A stretch of 63,529 nucleotides of DNA, counting the filler, from Vannella sp. (Eukaryota), in the NCBI GenBank assembly GCA_023345925.1. It is 8 parts of 8 records of this genome, joined end to end, with 100 filler letters (N's around TTAATTAATTAA, not from the genome) between each part and the next. Parts side by side here need not be neighbours in the genome. Positions count along the whole stretch, not along the records: positions 51,302 to 59,938 come from JAJQQN010001304.1; positions 60,039 to 63,529 come from JAJQQN010000108.1; 6 more parts are not named here. One strand, given 5' to 3'. The first letter of the stretch is position 1. Each line of letters opens with the position of its first letter. The notes beneath the pieces were generated by a model. It was given only the letters and a program-made list of their open reading frames with translations, ran no database searches and was not told the origin of the DNA. Below are positions 53,287-63,529 of this stretch, one piece after another. A program made the position numbers and the translations under genes.

Positions 53287-56200
53287 TCAGGAGCTCTCTT
53301 CTTTCTTAGTTTGGTAATCTAATAAGGCCTGCTGGAACTTAGAAAGATGACTGCGAACACTTTCAGAGTGATTCGGGAAGACTTCCAAAACAATTCCCAG
53401 AAAATGAAAGATCGTCCACTGGACAGAAGCGTCCGGCACCCGGAAGCACAGCTTAAGGGTACGAGAGTGAGCCAAACCGTTAAAAAGCTGTGTGGGAGGG
53501 TTTGAAGACTTCAATATGGATCGAAGAACACCAAAATGGGAAATAAGGCGTGAGTTGGTCAGTTCTCCAGCAGGACCAGAGCTGGATGCTTCAAGAATGG
53601 AAAGAACTTCCTCCGCAGCTCCTGGCAAATGGGCGCAGACGAGAAGGCATTCCTCACATTTGTCGCGGACAAGTGGATTTGGAGTAAACGCATGGACGGA
53701 CATTAAGGTGGCCAATGGAGTGAGTACTTCTGGGCTCTCAAAGGTCTGATAAAGTGAGCAATACACACTCATAGCGACGACTTGAAGTTCATAAATACGG
53801 CAACAATACAACCGGCGTACTTTGAGCGCCGAATTGGCTTGAAAGAGAGCAAATGGCTCCACAAAGCCAATCAATTGACGAACATGAGCGTTAGAGAACG
53901 CCACCCAGGACTGAGATTGTTGTAAGCACGCTGCTGCCAAAGGAGCAAGAATTTGGTGGAAAGATTCAATCTCTGTGGGAGACAAACAGGAAAAGTCTTT
54001 CTCTTTCAAGTTGACAGTCCACACTGCTTGCGCAGCATCTGCCCAAACGCACTGGGAAGCTTTTAGTTCTTGCAACGCTAGGCAAACCTCCACCGGCAAT
54101 AAAGTGATTTCTTCTTCTTCCAGAGTGGAGCTCAGCGTTAGAGAGGTACGAGCAGCCACTGAAAAAGCTAAAGGATCCTCAGTGACACAAAGCTTCGCCA
54201 GTTGTACCGCCTCTTTGCGAGCAGTAGCGTTAGACGAATTCGCTGCTACTGTTAGAATCTGGGTTAGCTGTTGACGAGCATCCGCTGTCCACTGAGAGAG
54301 GCCAGGCAAAGAAGAGAGCTGTTTTTGTAACAGCCTAAGTCCACCGATTAGGCCAATGTTATCAGCCACCAAAGAGGCCTCCAAGAGAGAGTGGTAGTAA
54401 CCGGAAGCTGGCAATAACTGAATCATTGCACCGAACAAGCTTATCGCAAATGCAGAGAGGGAACGGCCTGCAAGAGTGCATAAAAGTGGCCAGAAGGTCT
54501 CTTTCTGGTCCGATTCTGTTAACCATTCGTTTGCTGAGTCAGGGAAGCAGTAAACTCCCCGCGTGAAACACCGAAGGGCCTCTCGGGCAACAGTCAGATC
54601 TGTTGCTGTGTGTAAAATTGAATGTAAGACGGAGAAGGGGCGGGTCACTTGATTTTGGACCACCAGGACGGAGTGGGAAGTTGCCAAAGCAGCATACAAA
54701 CGTTGCATATCGCGGAGAGCCACCAATTGGGAGTCCACTGACTCAGATTCCTCCAACACGGAGGATGCGTCATCCCATTCCGTTCCAAAGGAAGCTCCAG
54801 AACTACGGCTGGAAGAGCGAGCGGACAGCTTTGGTTCTTCCAATTCGTCCTCTGGAAGGTCCTGCAGGTATTCAGGGCGGAATTGCAGTTGTAGAGGTGA
54901 AGGAGCTTCAAATTCACGCAAATCCAAATCCATATCCTGGACCTGAACTCTTCCCGGACTCTCCTCAGCTCTGTGAAAAGCCGGCGAGAATAACGCAAAG
55001 TCTGATGGCAAATGGTTGGCCATGGGAGATCTCTGAAGAGGAGGAGATGCAGGTGGAGAGGAGGTAGGAAAGCATCCTGAAGAACGCCGCCGAATGGGCC
55101 CCCCTTGCTTCACAAGAGGGCTTTGGGCCACAACCGCAGAGAACTTCTTTCGGGGTTTTGTCAGTTCGCTGTCTTCCTGGAAATAGAGAGGTGTTGGCAA
55201 CTCCATCAGAGGTAAGTTGTATGGGCTGGAGGCTCCAAAGGAGGAAGCACTTGCGCGAGCCTGCGTGTCCCCCAGCATTGCACCAGGGGAACTTCTCTCT
55301 TTGCTTGTTTGCGAGAATGAAGGGAGTGGCAATGGTCCCCCGGAAGGCTTATTAGTACGACGGTATTGAAAAGATTCGCGCCGACTCTCTTGCGAAGCAT
55401 TCAAAGTGGTTCTGGAGGATTGAGGAAGTTCTGATTGGCGGCGATCCGAAACTGTTTGAAGCAATCGGGAGGTCCCGAATGCCTCATTACTTGCCACTGT
55501 TGGTTTCGCTCGTCGGACGGCTTTGCTCAGACTCATTCGTTCTGCAGCCCCGGAGAAAGAGGAAGGAGTAGCAACGGGAGGAGGTTGGACGATGCGTTGA
55601 AGAGGCTTCTTTGTGGAAGCTGAGGGTGCTTCCCTCGGTAGATTAGTGATATTCTTAGATAGAGATAGGGATGGTCCTGCCACGCTGGCGCCAGAAGAGT
55701 GGGAAAGTGGCTTAGAAGCTAACAATGTCTTTTGCCGCCGAGAAGGAACGGAAGACAAGAAAGTCTCAGCGCGCAAGGGAAAGATATCAGAGAGGCACCA
55801 AAAGAACACATTGCCGACATTGCGGACGTTTGGCGACGCATCTTCTGTTGCAATCCCAAGAGCCTTGAAGAGAGCATCTTCCAACTTGTCCTTGACCAGT
55901 TCACGATACTGCAAGTCGGTTGTATACTCTTGTATGCACTCTAAGCTAGCCTGCCGTACTGCGAAGCTGCGGTGGCGTAGACCGCACAGCAAATGGTGGA
56001 CACCTTTGAGTGAGCAAGCGCCGTGCTCCACGAATGCATTCAGACACTCTTGGATGAACGAGGCGATCACTTTGTTTCCTCCTAGGATGGGTAGCATGGC
56101 TGCTATCAGATGATCTGCGAGAGGTTGGAGATGGCGAGTGAGGTGGGCAGCGAGTTGTTCCAAGACAGCGCACACTTCTTTCACCACAGAGGAGCGCAAG

Positions 56201-56415
56201 TCTTTCAGTTGAAGGATAAGGTTGTCCTTCACTTTGGAGAGGTGCTGAGAGAACTCAGCCGCTTCGCAGAGGGACATCAGTTTGGGCAACTGGTGGAGAG
56301 CAGCCACTCGGTCTTCCCAGTCCTCGTCATTGTTCCCCGTCCTGACTACGATCTCATGCACTTGGCGACGGATGTCCACCTTGGGGATCAGATCCTCATA
56401 CATCTCGTGTCCCAT
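53287..56415 (-). CDS. CLASP-like TOG/HEAT microtubule regulator
   Basis: DWEDRVAAL, LKDLRSSVVKEVC, DASPNVR; Ser/Arg-rich linker; further HEAT repeats. Confidence 0.78.
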   Translation of the reverse strand: MGHEMYEDLIPKVDIRRQVHEIVVRTGNNDEDWEDRVAALHQLPKLMSLCEAAEFSQHLSKVKDNLILQLKDLRSSVVKEVCAVLEQLAAHLTRHLQPLADHLIAAMLPILGGNKVIASFIQECLNAFVEHGACSLKGVHHLLCGLRHRSFAVRQASLECIQEYTTDLQYRELVKDKLEDALFKALGIATEDASPNVRNVGNVFFWCLSDIFPLRAETFLSSVPSRRQKTLLASKPLSHSSGASVAGPSLSLSKNITNLPREAPSASTKKPLQRIVQPPPVATPSSFSGAAERMSLSKAVRRAKPTVASNEAFGTSRLLQTVSDRRQSELPQSSRTTLNASQESRRESFQYRRTNKPSGGPLPLPSFSQTSKERSSPGAMLGDTQARASASSFGASSPYNLPLMELPTPLYFQEDSELTKPRKKFSAVVAQSPLVKQGGPIRRRSSGCFPTSSPPASPPLQRSPMANHLPSDFALFSPAFHRAEESPGRVQVQDMDLDLREFEAPSPLQLQFRPEYLQDLPEDELEEPKLSARSSSRSSGASFGTEWDDASSVLEESESVDSQLVALRDMQRLYAALATSHSVLVVQNQVTRPFSVLHSILHTATDLTVAREALRCFTRGVYCFPDSANEWLTESDQKETFWPLLCTLAGRSLSAFAISLFGAMIQLLPASGYYHSLLEASLVADNIGLIGGLRLLQKQLSSLPGLSQWTADARQQLTQILTVAANSSNATARKEAVQLAKLCVTEDPLAFSVAARTSLTLSSTLEEEEITLLPVEVCLALQELKASQCVWADAAQAVWTVNLKEKDFSCLSPTEIESFHQILAPLAAACLQQSQSWVAFSNAHVRQLIGFVEPFALFQANSALKVRRLYCCRIYELQVVAMSVYCSLYQTFESPEVLTPLATLMSVHAFTPNPLVRDKCEECLLVCAHLPGAAEEVLSILEASSSGPAGELTNSRLISHFGVLRSILKSSNPPTQLFNGLAHSRTLKLCFRVPDASVQWTIFHFLGIVLEVFPNHSESVRSHLSKFQQALLDYQTKKEESS

Positions 56416-56593
56416 CCCGAAAATGAAGCTGAGAAGAGCGAGTTGGCGGTTTGTTTTGACTTTCCCGCCAAAAGTGGGAAACCCAAAAATACTTGGAAAA
56501 ATATTTTTTGAAGATTGCACTTTTGGGTTCTCTCCGATTGGTCCATTGCTCCAAACTCCAAGCAGGGCTGCGTGTTCTTTGTGCTTTGTTGGG
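56416..56593. promoter_or_regulatory. 178-bp bidirectional promoter with E2F-like site and CCAAT box
   Basis: TTTCCCGCCAAAA at 56461-56473; TTGGCGG at 56442; GATTGG near 56536; TTTGAA near 56507. Confidence 0.65.
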
Positions 56594-58853
56594 ATGGAAA
56601 GATACTTCAAACCCGTTGCGCGGGCAGAGATTCTGGGTCTGAATGAAGATCTCTTTCACCGACAACAGGAGGAGAAGGCCAGAACGATAAGGGAGCGCTT
56701 GGAAGCTAAGTATGGGGAGGCCAGAGCGCCTCCCTCCGGCGATGATGATTTAGTTATCTTATCAGCGTCTCCCTACTTCTCCCAAGCCCCCAATCCACCC
56801 ATCACACCTCCTTCTCTCTCACAGAGCCGCTTCTTCTGCGGTGGATCTCCAGTTAAGCGCAGTTTGACTGCACTAAACTGTCCAACGGATAGTTCTGGTG
56901 CGATCTATTCTCCTCTGAGCTCCTCCATGATGCGACTGGACCGGCAAGAGTCCCCCAAGTTCCAAAAGACCCACTTTACCGGCACAATCGGCGCTACAGA
57001 GAGCCCCGCGCGTTTGGTGACTTCTTACGTTGCCAGTACATCAAATGGAGCACTCAACCGAGCTGCTACGGGTATTAGCGGCTTCCAAGAACTCAAGAGA
57101 AGACAAAGATTCAATAATCGCCTTTACCAAGGCAAAACTTTGGAATCCCTTCCTGCAACTCCGTGGGCATCCTCTCCCTCTCAGAAGAGGTCTCCTCCAA
57201 CACAAGCCGAAGTCAAGTTGACTCAGGAGCAGAAGAATGTGGTTGCGTTGGCGCTGGAGGGAAAGTCGCTCTTCTTCACAGGCTCAGCAGGAACTGGGAA
57301 AAGTTTTGTCTTGCGCGTTATGGTTGAGGAGCTCCAGCTCAAGCATGGATACAGCTCTGTCTTTGTTACTGCAAGCACGGGAATGGCGGGTTGTAACATT
57401 CAAGGAGTCACTGTCCATTCGTTCGCTGGGATTGGACTCGCCCAAGGAAGTAAAGAGGAACTGCTCGCCGCTGCAAAGAAGAAAGCGCATGTTGTGCAGC
57501 GCTGGAATCGCGCGAAAGCTCTCATAATCGACGAAATAAGTATGATAAGCGCAGACTTTTTCACAAAAGTCGAATTCGTTGCCCGCAACTTGCGAGATTG
57601 CCCGCGCCCTTTTGGTGGCCTTCAAGTCGTATGTTTTATCGTGCCTTTACCTCATCCCAGGCTAATCTCCTTTCCAGATACTTTGTGGAGACTTTTTTCA
57701 GCTCCCCCCTGTCAAGTCCGATGACTTTTGCTTTGAAGCAGCGGCTTGGGCCTCCTGTATTCATTGCAATATTGAGCTCAAAGAGGTGATTCGGCAAAAG
57801 AATCCAGAGTTTGTCCGAATTCTCAACGAGATTCGATTGGGAAAGCTCTCCAACGAAGGAAGAGAGTTGTTGGAGAGCCGAGTTGGCGTCTCTCTTGACT
57901 CTTCAGATGGAATTAAGCCTACCAAACTGTACCCTCACCGAATGGATGTTTCCAAAGAGAATGAGGAAAGCCTTGCTCAGGAAGCAGGAGATTTTGAGAC
58001 GTTTACAGCATCGGATACGGGAGATTCGTATCACGTGCAACAACTGGATTCTTCCTGTCAAGCTCCAAAACTACTCCGGCTCAAAGCGGGCTGCCAAGTG
58101 ATGCTTCTGAAGAACCTAGACTTTACAAGTGGTCTTGTGAATGGCTCACGGGGGATTGTGACAGGGTTTACAACAGATCCAGAGCAACCCGGAACCCGCG
58201 ACCACGAGTCAGATGAACTGTATCCCGTTGTGCGATTTGCTGACGGCAGGGATCGGGTGATAACCCACGAAACATGGCGAATAGAACTTGCTGGGCAACT
58301 CCGCGCTTCCCGATATCAAATTCCACTAACTTTGGCTTATGCATTGAGCATTCATAAGAGCCAAGGAATGAGTATTGAGAGGGTCGACCTCTCGTTGGAT
58401 AAGGTATTTGCGTATGGCCAAGCGTACGTGGCACTCTCCCGGGCAACATCACTTGAGGGTCTCCGACTTTCCAATTTCGGGCCAAACGTCATCCGAGCCC
58501 ATCCAAAAGTAATTCGCTTCTACGAGTCATTCAAAGAGACAGACACCAACGATCTTCTCTCGAATACCCAAAGGGAACCTTCCTTTTGGAGTGACGAAGA
58601 AGAAGAGATTCCTTCTTCTGGAGATTCAGCTGATCTATCGAAGCCTGTCAAAGTGGCTCCCAGCGCTTCGCCAGCTTACACAATAAGTGCATTCTCCAGA
58701 TCTCGGCGACACGTCAACCAACCTCCCAAACGGGGCACTGTCAAACCATTCCCCCTCCATACGATGCCACCCCCTCTCAAAGTTGGCAGCTTGACTGCCA
58801 CCAACTTCCCACTGGCTTCCAAAGGATCGCCTGAATGCGTCGACCTCACGTGA
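56594..58853 (+). CDS. PIF1: Pif1-family 5'-3' DNA helicase
   Basis: FFTGSAGTGKS, IIDEISM, FGGLQV|ILCGDFFQLPPV (intron 57629-57677), QIPLTLAYALSIHKSQG, GQAYVALSR. Confidence 0.94.
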
Positions 58854-58959
58854 CCAGAAGCTTAAGATGATACTGTTTGCTTCTCATTGCTTCATTAAAT
58901 TATTTATTTGCAACAAAACATGTCTTTATGAGCCATTTGGGTCATTCTTCAATCCCGCG

Positions 58960-59938
58960 ATGCTGTCTTCCCCGTCTCGTCTTCTCTCCTTCAGCGCGCG
59001 GTTCTTCGCCTCTTCGGCAACCAAATGCTTAGTTTTGGCGGAACACAACAATGAGACGTTGAACCCTGCTACTTTGTCAGCGATTACGGCTGCTCGCCAA
59101 CTCTCAGAGGATGTGAGCGTTCTCGTTCTTGGGTCAGGCTGCCAAGCGGTCGTCGATCAGGTGGCCTCCACCGAGGGTGTGACAACTGTCCTGGTGACTG
59201 ATAACCAAGCCTTCCACCGCCTCCTACCAGAGAGCGTAACCCCCGTGCTGGAGCTAATCCAACGGGAGCACGGCTTCTCTCACGTGGTGGGACCATCAAC
59301 CTCGAACGCAAAGAACATCCTCCCTCGCTTCTCAGCAAGGATGGACTCTCAACAGATCTCGGAAGTCGTCAAGATCGAGTCCTCGGACACCTTCATCCGC
59401 CCAATCTACGCTGGGAATGCTCTCGCAACCGTCCGCAGCGAGGACTCTCTCAAAGTCCTGACCATTCGGCCAACAGCCTTCGCTGCTGCAGTCACTGGAA
59501 GTAGCCGGGCAACCGTAAAGGAACTTCCAGCTGGGGAACTGCAAAGCTTGAGCGTATGGAAGAGCGAGGAACTGGCCAAGTCAGAGCGCCCTGCCCTTGC
59601 TGCTGCGAAGGTCATCATCAGCGGAGGACGAGGCCTCAAATCAGGAGAGAACTTCAAGATGTTAGAAGCCCTGGCTGACCAACTGGGTGGAGCGGTCGGA
59701 GCCACGCGCGCCGCTGTGGACGATGGAATGGTTCCCAACGACATGCAGATTGGACAAACCGGTAAAGTGGTAGCGCCAGACTTGTATATCGCTGTGGGTG
59801 TGAGGTAAGAAGTGCTCCTTTTGAGTGAGTGGGCGATTATCTCACACTTGCCAGTGGGGCAATCCAACACATTGCTGGGATGAAGGACAGCAAAGTGATT
59901 GTGGCTATCAACAAGGACGAAGAAGCGCCCATCTTCTC
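58960..59938 (+). CDS. ETFA: Electron transfer flavoprotein alpha subunit, 3' truncated
   Basis: [38 protein letters not shown]; intron 59805-59854; mitochondrial presequence. Confidence 0.95.
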
Positions 59939-60038
59939 NNNNNNNNNNNNNNNNNNNNNNNNNNNNNNNNNNNNNNNNNNNNTTAATTAATTAANNNNNN
60001 NNNNNNNNNNNNNNNNNNNNNNNNNNNNNNNNNNNNNN

Positions 60039-60298
60039 AGCTCTTGCTCGGTTGATGTAGTAGTGAGAACACCGCGGTACATCCATTCCAAACTCTCCTT
60101 TCCAGTAGTGCTGCTTCCCCCGGCCTTGGCATCCAAAAGTTCCTTTCGGGCGCGCTCTCGTTCCAGCTCCCTCTGCAGCTCTTGGATCTTCTTGCGCTCT
60201 GCTTCATCATACTGCTCAGCCTCGTACACTTTACTCATGTTCTTGATAGTGCCCGTGTGCCAACTCTTCTTGGCAAGGAACGCCAGCGCCTTCGACAT
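60039..60298 (-). CDS. CWC25/CIR1-family splicing factor (Cir_N domain), 3' truncated
   Basis: FLAKKSWHTGTIKNMSKVYEAEQ...LEWMY. Confidence 0.85.
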
Positions 60299-60504
60299 CT
60301 CCCTTCCCTCGCTCCCAAATAATGGTCTTTCCGTATCAACGGGGGAAAAGTAAAAATCAGATAAAAATCACTTTTTCTTTACTCCCGGAATTGAAGACCT
60401 CTTCAGGTGGGGCAGAAGGTCACCCGCTGTTTCTTGTGGGCAGAGGTATTGGTGAACAAAGGATTTGTTCCAAGAGGGAAAACCAGTGACCATGCAGGCG
60501 CGTT

Positions 60505-60666
60505 CTAGGAGAGTGCTGTCTCCTTCTTCTGCTTCTCCTTCTCCTTCTTCGGCTCCTCCCCCTTCTCCTGCTCCGCCTCGTACACTTTGCGCGTATTATC
60601 GAGCGTGGCTGCATTCCAGTTCTTCTTGGTCAGGAACGCCAGAGACGTGCCGCCAGGCATCGACAT
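60505..60666 (-). CDS. 53-aa stand-alone Cir_N-like microprotein or partial duplicate of the neighbouring gene
   Basis: MSMPGGTSLAFLTKKNWNAATLDNTRKVYEAEQEKGEEPKKEKEKQKKETALS*; below the ORF-track size cutoff. Confidence 0.6.
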   Translation of the reverse strand: MSMPGGTSLAFLTKKNWNAATLDNTRKVYEAEQEKGEEPKKEKEKQKKETALS

Positions 60667-60804
60667 TGGGCTCTTCACCAGGAAATGATTTTTTCATAAA
60701 CCTCGGTTAATGTTTTACAAAATGACGGTTTTTGGAATTGTAAGGGTCTAGGGTTTAAGGTGGCATTTTGTGTCCTCCCTCGCGACGGCTACAGCCCCAT
60801 AAGA

Positions 60805-62016
60805 ATGCCTTTGTTTAAGAAGAAGAAGAAGGAAGCACAGAAGTACTACTCCTCGGAGGAAGAGAGCTCAGGATCTGTACGAGGCGTGGGGAAGATCGCG
60901 TACCTTCTCTGACAGTTCTTCTTAGGAAGAGGCAACCAAGGCTAACCCGGCTAACCATCCCAAGGCGCCCACACGTAGCTACAAGGATGAGGATGCAGAT
61001 GATTATGCGGACTACAAGCCAGAGTTTGCTCGCAAGAAGAGCGACCTCCCAGCAGGCACTTCCTACGTTGTTCTCCCCGAAGTTGGCGACGAAGTCCTCC
61101 AAGAGGAGCTCGACCTGCAAGAGTTGAACGACCAGGTCATCGACCTTACTCGTCGTGTGAACCACCTCGAGGATCTTCTCCAGAATGCCGTCCTTGATAC
61201 GGACGATAGCGGCAGTGAGTCCCCTCGTGTCCCCTCCTGTCCTCTCTGACAGGAAGGTGACGCCTTGGTGTCCAGGTACAAAGAGGTTCCATGCACAGAT
61301 GGAAGATGTCCTCATGTTCACTGCAATCATCCACAAACGCCTCACCTCGCTACCTCCTGGCTTAGAAGTGGCCGACTTCTTGCCTGAGGAGCAGGAGCTC
61401 TACGATAAGGTATCGTCTGGGTTGTTCAAGCAGCTCAATCGCATCAGCGACATGAAGACGAAGTTTGCCAACCTCCAACAGCGAAAACTGCGAAGAACAA
61501 TGCAGACGGGTAAGCGCTCTGTGGTTTGGAGTGCTAGGCGCTAAGACACGCCCAGTGAACCCAGATATGACCGATGAAGAGATCGAGCGGAAGATGGACG
61601 AGGCCATCATGGAGGGAGGGGATCTCCTCGCTGATAGCTCTCAGATGTTCGCAGCGCAGATCATCGACGATCGTTACAAGAGAGAGGAAGCAAAGATCGC
61701 TTTGATGTACGCTAAAGAGCAGCGCAAGGAGCTGGAACAGATCGAACGGTCCATCGCTCAACTCCATCAAATGTCTGTTGATCTGGCTGCTTTGGTTCAA
61801 GGTCAAGGCGACATCCTCGATCAGATGGAAGTCTCTATTGGCAGTGCCGTAGCAGACTCTATCAAGGGCTTAAAGATGCTGGAGGTGGCAGAAGGACACA
61901 AGATCTCCTCACGAAAGAAGAAGATCATCATTGGTATCATTGTGGGTGTGGTCATTGGTGTTACCGTTCTTACTATCGTGGGAGTTACTGCTGGTGTCAT
62001 TGCTTTATGCTCTTAA
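60805..62016 (+). CDS. Syntaxin (Qa-SNARE), multi-exon
   Basis: SNARE motif IERSIAQLHQMSVDLAALVQGQGDILDQME and C-terminal TM anchor. Confidence 0.85.
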
Positions 62017-62170
62017 CCACTCAATACACCCTTTCAGCTCCCCTTTCACCGCTCCTCTCTGGCCTGCTCGTTGGAGTAACAACGTACGAACTGCACTAAT
62101 GGCTACACTAAGAGATAGAAGATTCGGGATCTGAAAGTTCATTGTGCTCTGACCGGTCCCTCCTTGCGTC

Positions 62171-62666
62171 ATGGCGGGTGCGTTGTAGTCTTCTACAGTT
62201 GATTTGTCTGCGTTTCTGACCCTGAAGGAGTTCAGAACTCGTGAAGGTGGAAGTTGCCGTCAATCAAAAGGTCTCTGCAAGTGCTGAGAGGGTGTGGGAG
62301 TGCGTTGGAGGATTCAACAGCCTCCCAACCTGGTGCCCTGCAATCGAAAGCTCTGTTCTCGTTGACACAGAAGACAATGTTGTGGGTGCAGTTCGCTTCC
62401 TTACCTTCAAAGACGGACTCCGTATCACGGAAAGATGCACGGCCTTAGAAACGTTCTCCCTTACCTACATCATCCTTGGCGCAGAAACCGGCATGCACAA
62501 CTACTCAGCCACCCTCTCAGTCACTCCCATCACTCAGGAAGAATCCACTCTCTCTTGGAACGCGTCTTTCGATGCCTCAACTGAACAGAAGGCGGCTTTG
62601 TTTGATGATATCAAAGGTCTCTTCTCCAGCACCGTTGCTTCAGTGGCAGCTACATTTGCGAATTAA
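62171..62666 (+). CDS. SRPBCC / polyketide cyclase-2 (MxaD-like) protein
   Basis: SAERVWECVGGFNSLPTWCPAIESS, VGAVRFL, NYSATLSV; probable intron 62178-62235. Confidence 0.8.
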
Positions 62667-63529
62667 AAAGCATTTATTGAATTAAATTAATGGAAAGTTG
62701 CGTTGGTTTGGGTTGTGGTTTGGGTGTCCGGTGTTGTCGAAAGCTTGGTGATCTGGATCTGTTCAAAGGTGAGAGGTTAACCTTTCGGTTGTTAGTGAAC
62801 AGAACAGAAGGAGAAGGAGGTGTTCTCCCTGTTGAGAGGGAAGAAGTACGCCGTAACCCAGTTGGGGAAAGGGTTTATGGCACGGAAGGGGTCATGTAAC
62901 CTCGCATAAGTAGAGGTAGAGTGTGGTTGACCGTCAGGTGTGGTGCGCGTTGTGGAGGTAGGTTCTAACGGAGCTTTGGGGGGCGGGCTTGAGCGTGTAA
63001 ATAGCAGCAACACAAGCTAAGGAAGTGACAATCACCAAGGATGTCGCAATAGTTTTTACATTACCAACGAGGAGTGGCATCCTGCTGGACCAGGTTCGAA
63101 GCGGAAGGGAAAAAACGAATGAAACCGCAGAGCATCGCGGTCCGAGCTTTCCCACGACTTTTTGGTCAAAACTTGAGAATGAGAAAAGAATGTCTTAGAG
63201 AAGATTTTAAGAATAAGACAGCAGTGCTGAACAAAGGCCCTTTTGCCCAGAGAAAACAAATCCTCCAAGGGTGTTTTGCAGACAGCCAATCAAAACAGTC
63301 GAAGCGACACCGCGAGCTTCTCCCGCTTTTTTCGTTTTTCCACCAGAAGTTCAACAGCAATGATGGAGGGTCAAATGATTCATACTGAAAAAGATTAAGG
63401 GAAATGATCGATGAGTACGGGGATCAGTTTAATTAATAGGCCATGCTGCTGCAGTGGATCCATCTGGCGGGTGCCAGTGGGACGGGCGATCGCCAGCCTT
63501 AAGCAAGGTCGCCAAGCGGAGCGTTTGAT

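Noticed and set aside
56282..56610. Apparent head-to-head overlap of the CLASP and Pif1 ORFs
   Set aside because: ORF-caller extension to non-ATG or upstream starts; the likely starts (56415 and 56594) leave a promoter between them
62690..63529. Small ORFs at the window end
   Set aside because: No recognisable product and ambiguous splicing

Overview
This window is eukaryotic, not prokaryotic. It is a concatenation of eight contigs (1-6190, 6291-14345, 14446-22983, 23084-28790, 28891-37733, 37834-51201, 51302-59938, 60039-63529) joined by artificial 100-nt N/TTAATTAATTAA linkers. The genome is very compact, with GT-AG introns of about 50 nt and short bidirectional promoters. Gene content (mitochondrial-type FtsZ, kinesin-6, a WIP-like motif, WDR62, CLASP, myotubularin) suggests a protist, possibly an amoebozoan; this is an inference. 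Recognisable genes include ThrRS, RPL23, HAS1/DDX18, APRT, ETFA, Pif1, SNM1, mPGES-2, a Dicer-like protein, syntaxin and CWC25/CIR, plus an apparently intact MULE transposon. Highlights: (1) a head-to-head kinesin-6 (MKLP1-like) and CDK-site-rich RhoGEF pair. Its shared promoter carries a 13-bp E2F-type element that recurs exactly in the CLASP/Pif1 promoter, with variants upstream of WDR62 and SNM1, suggesting a compact cell-cycle regulon. (2) A Dicer-like protein with Gly replacing a conserved RNase IIIb catalytic Asp. (3) A 53-aa stand-alone Cir_N microprotein next to CWC25. (4) A fold-back element with a 40-bp hairpin. (5) A Ras-ankyrin-F-box-like-CaaX fusion. All calls come from reading motifs by eye; no searches were run.
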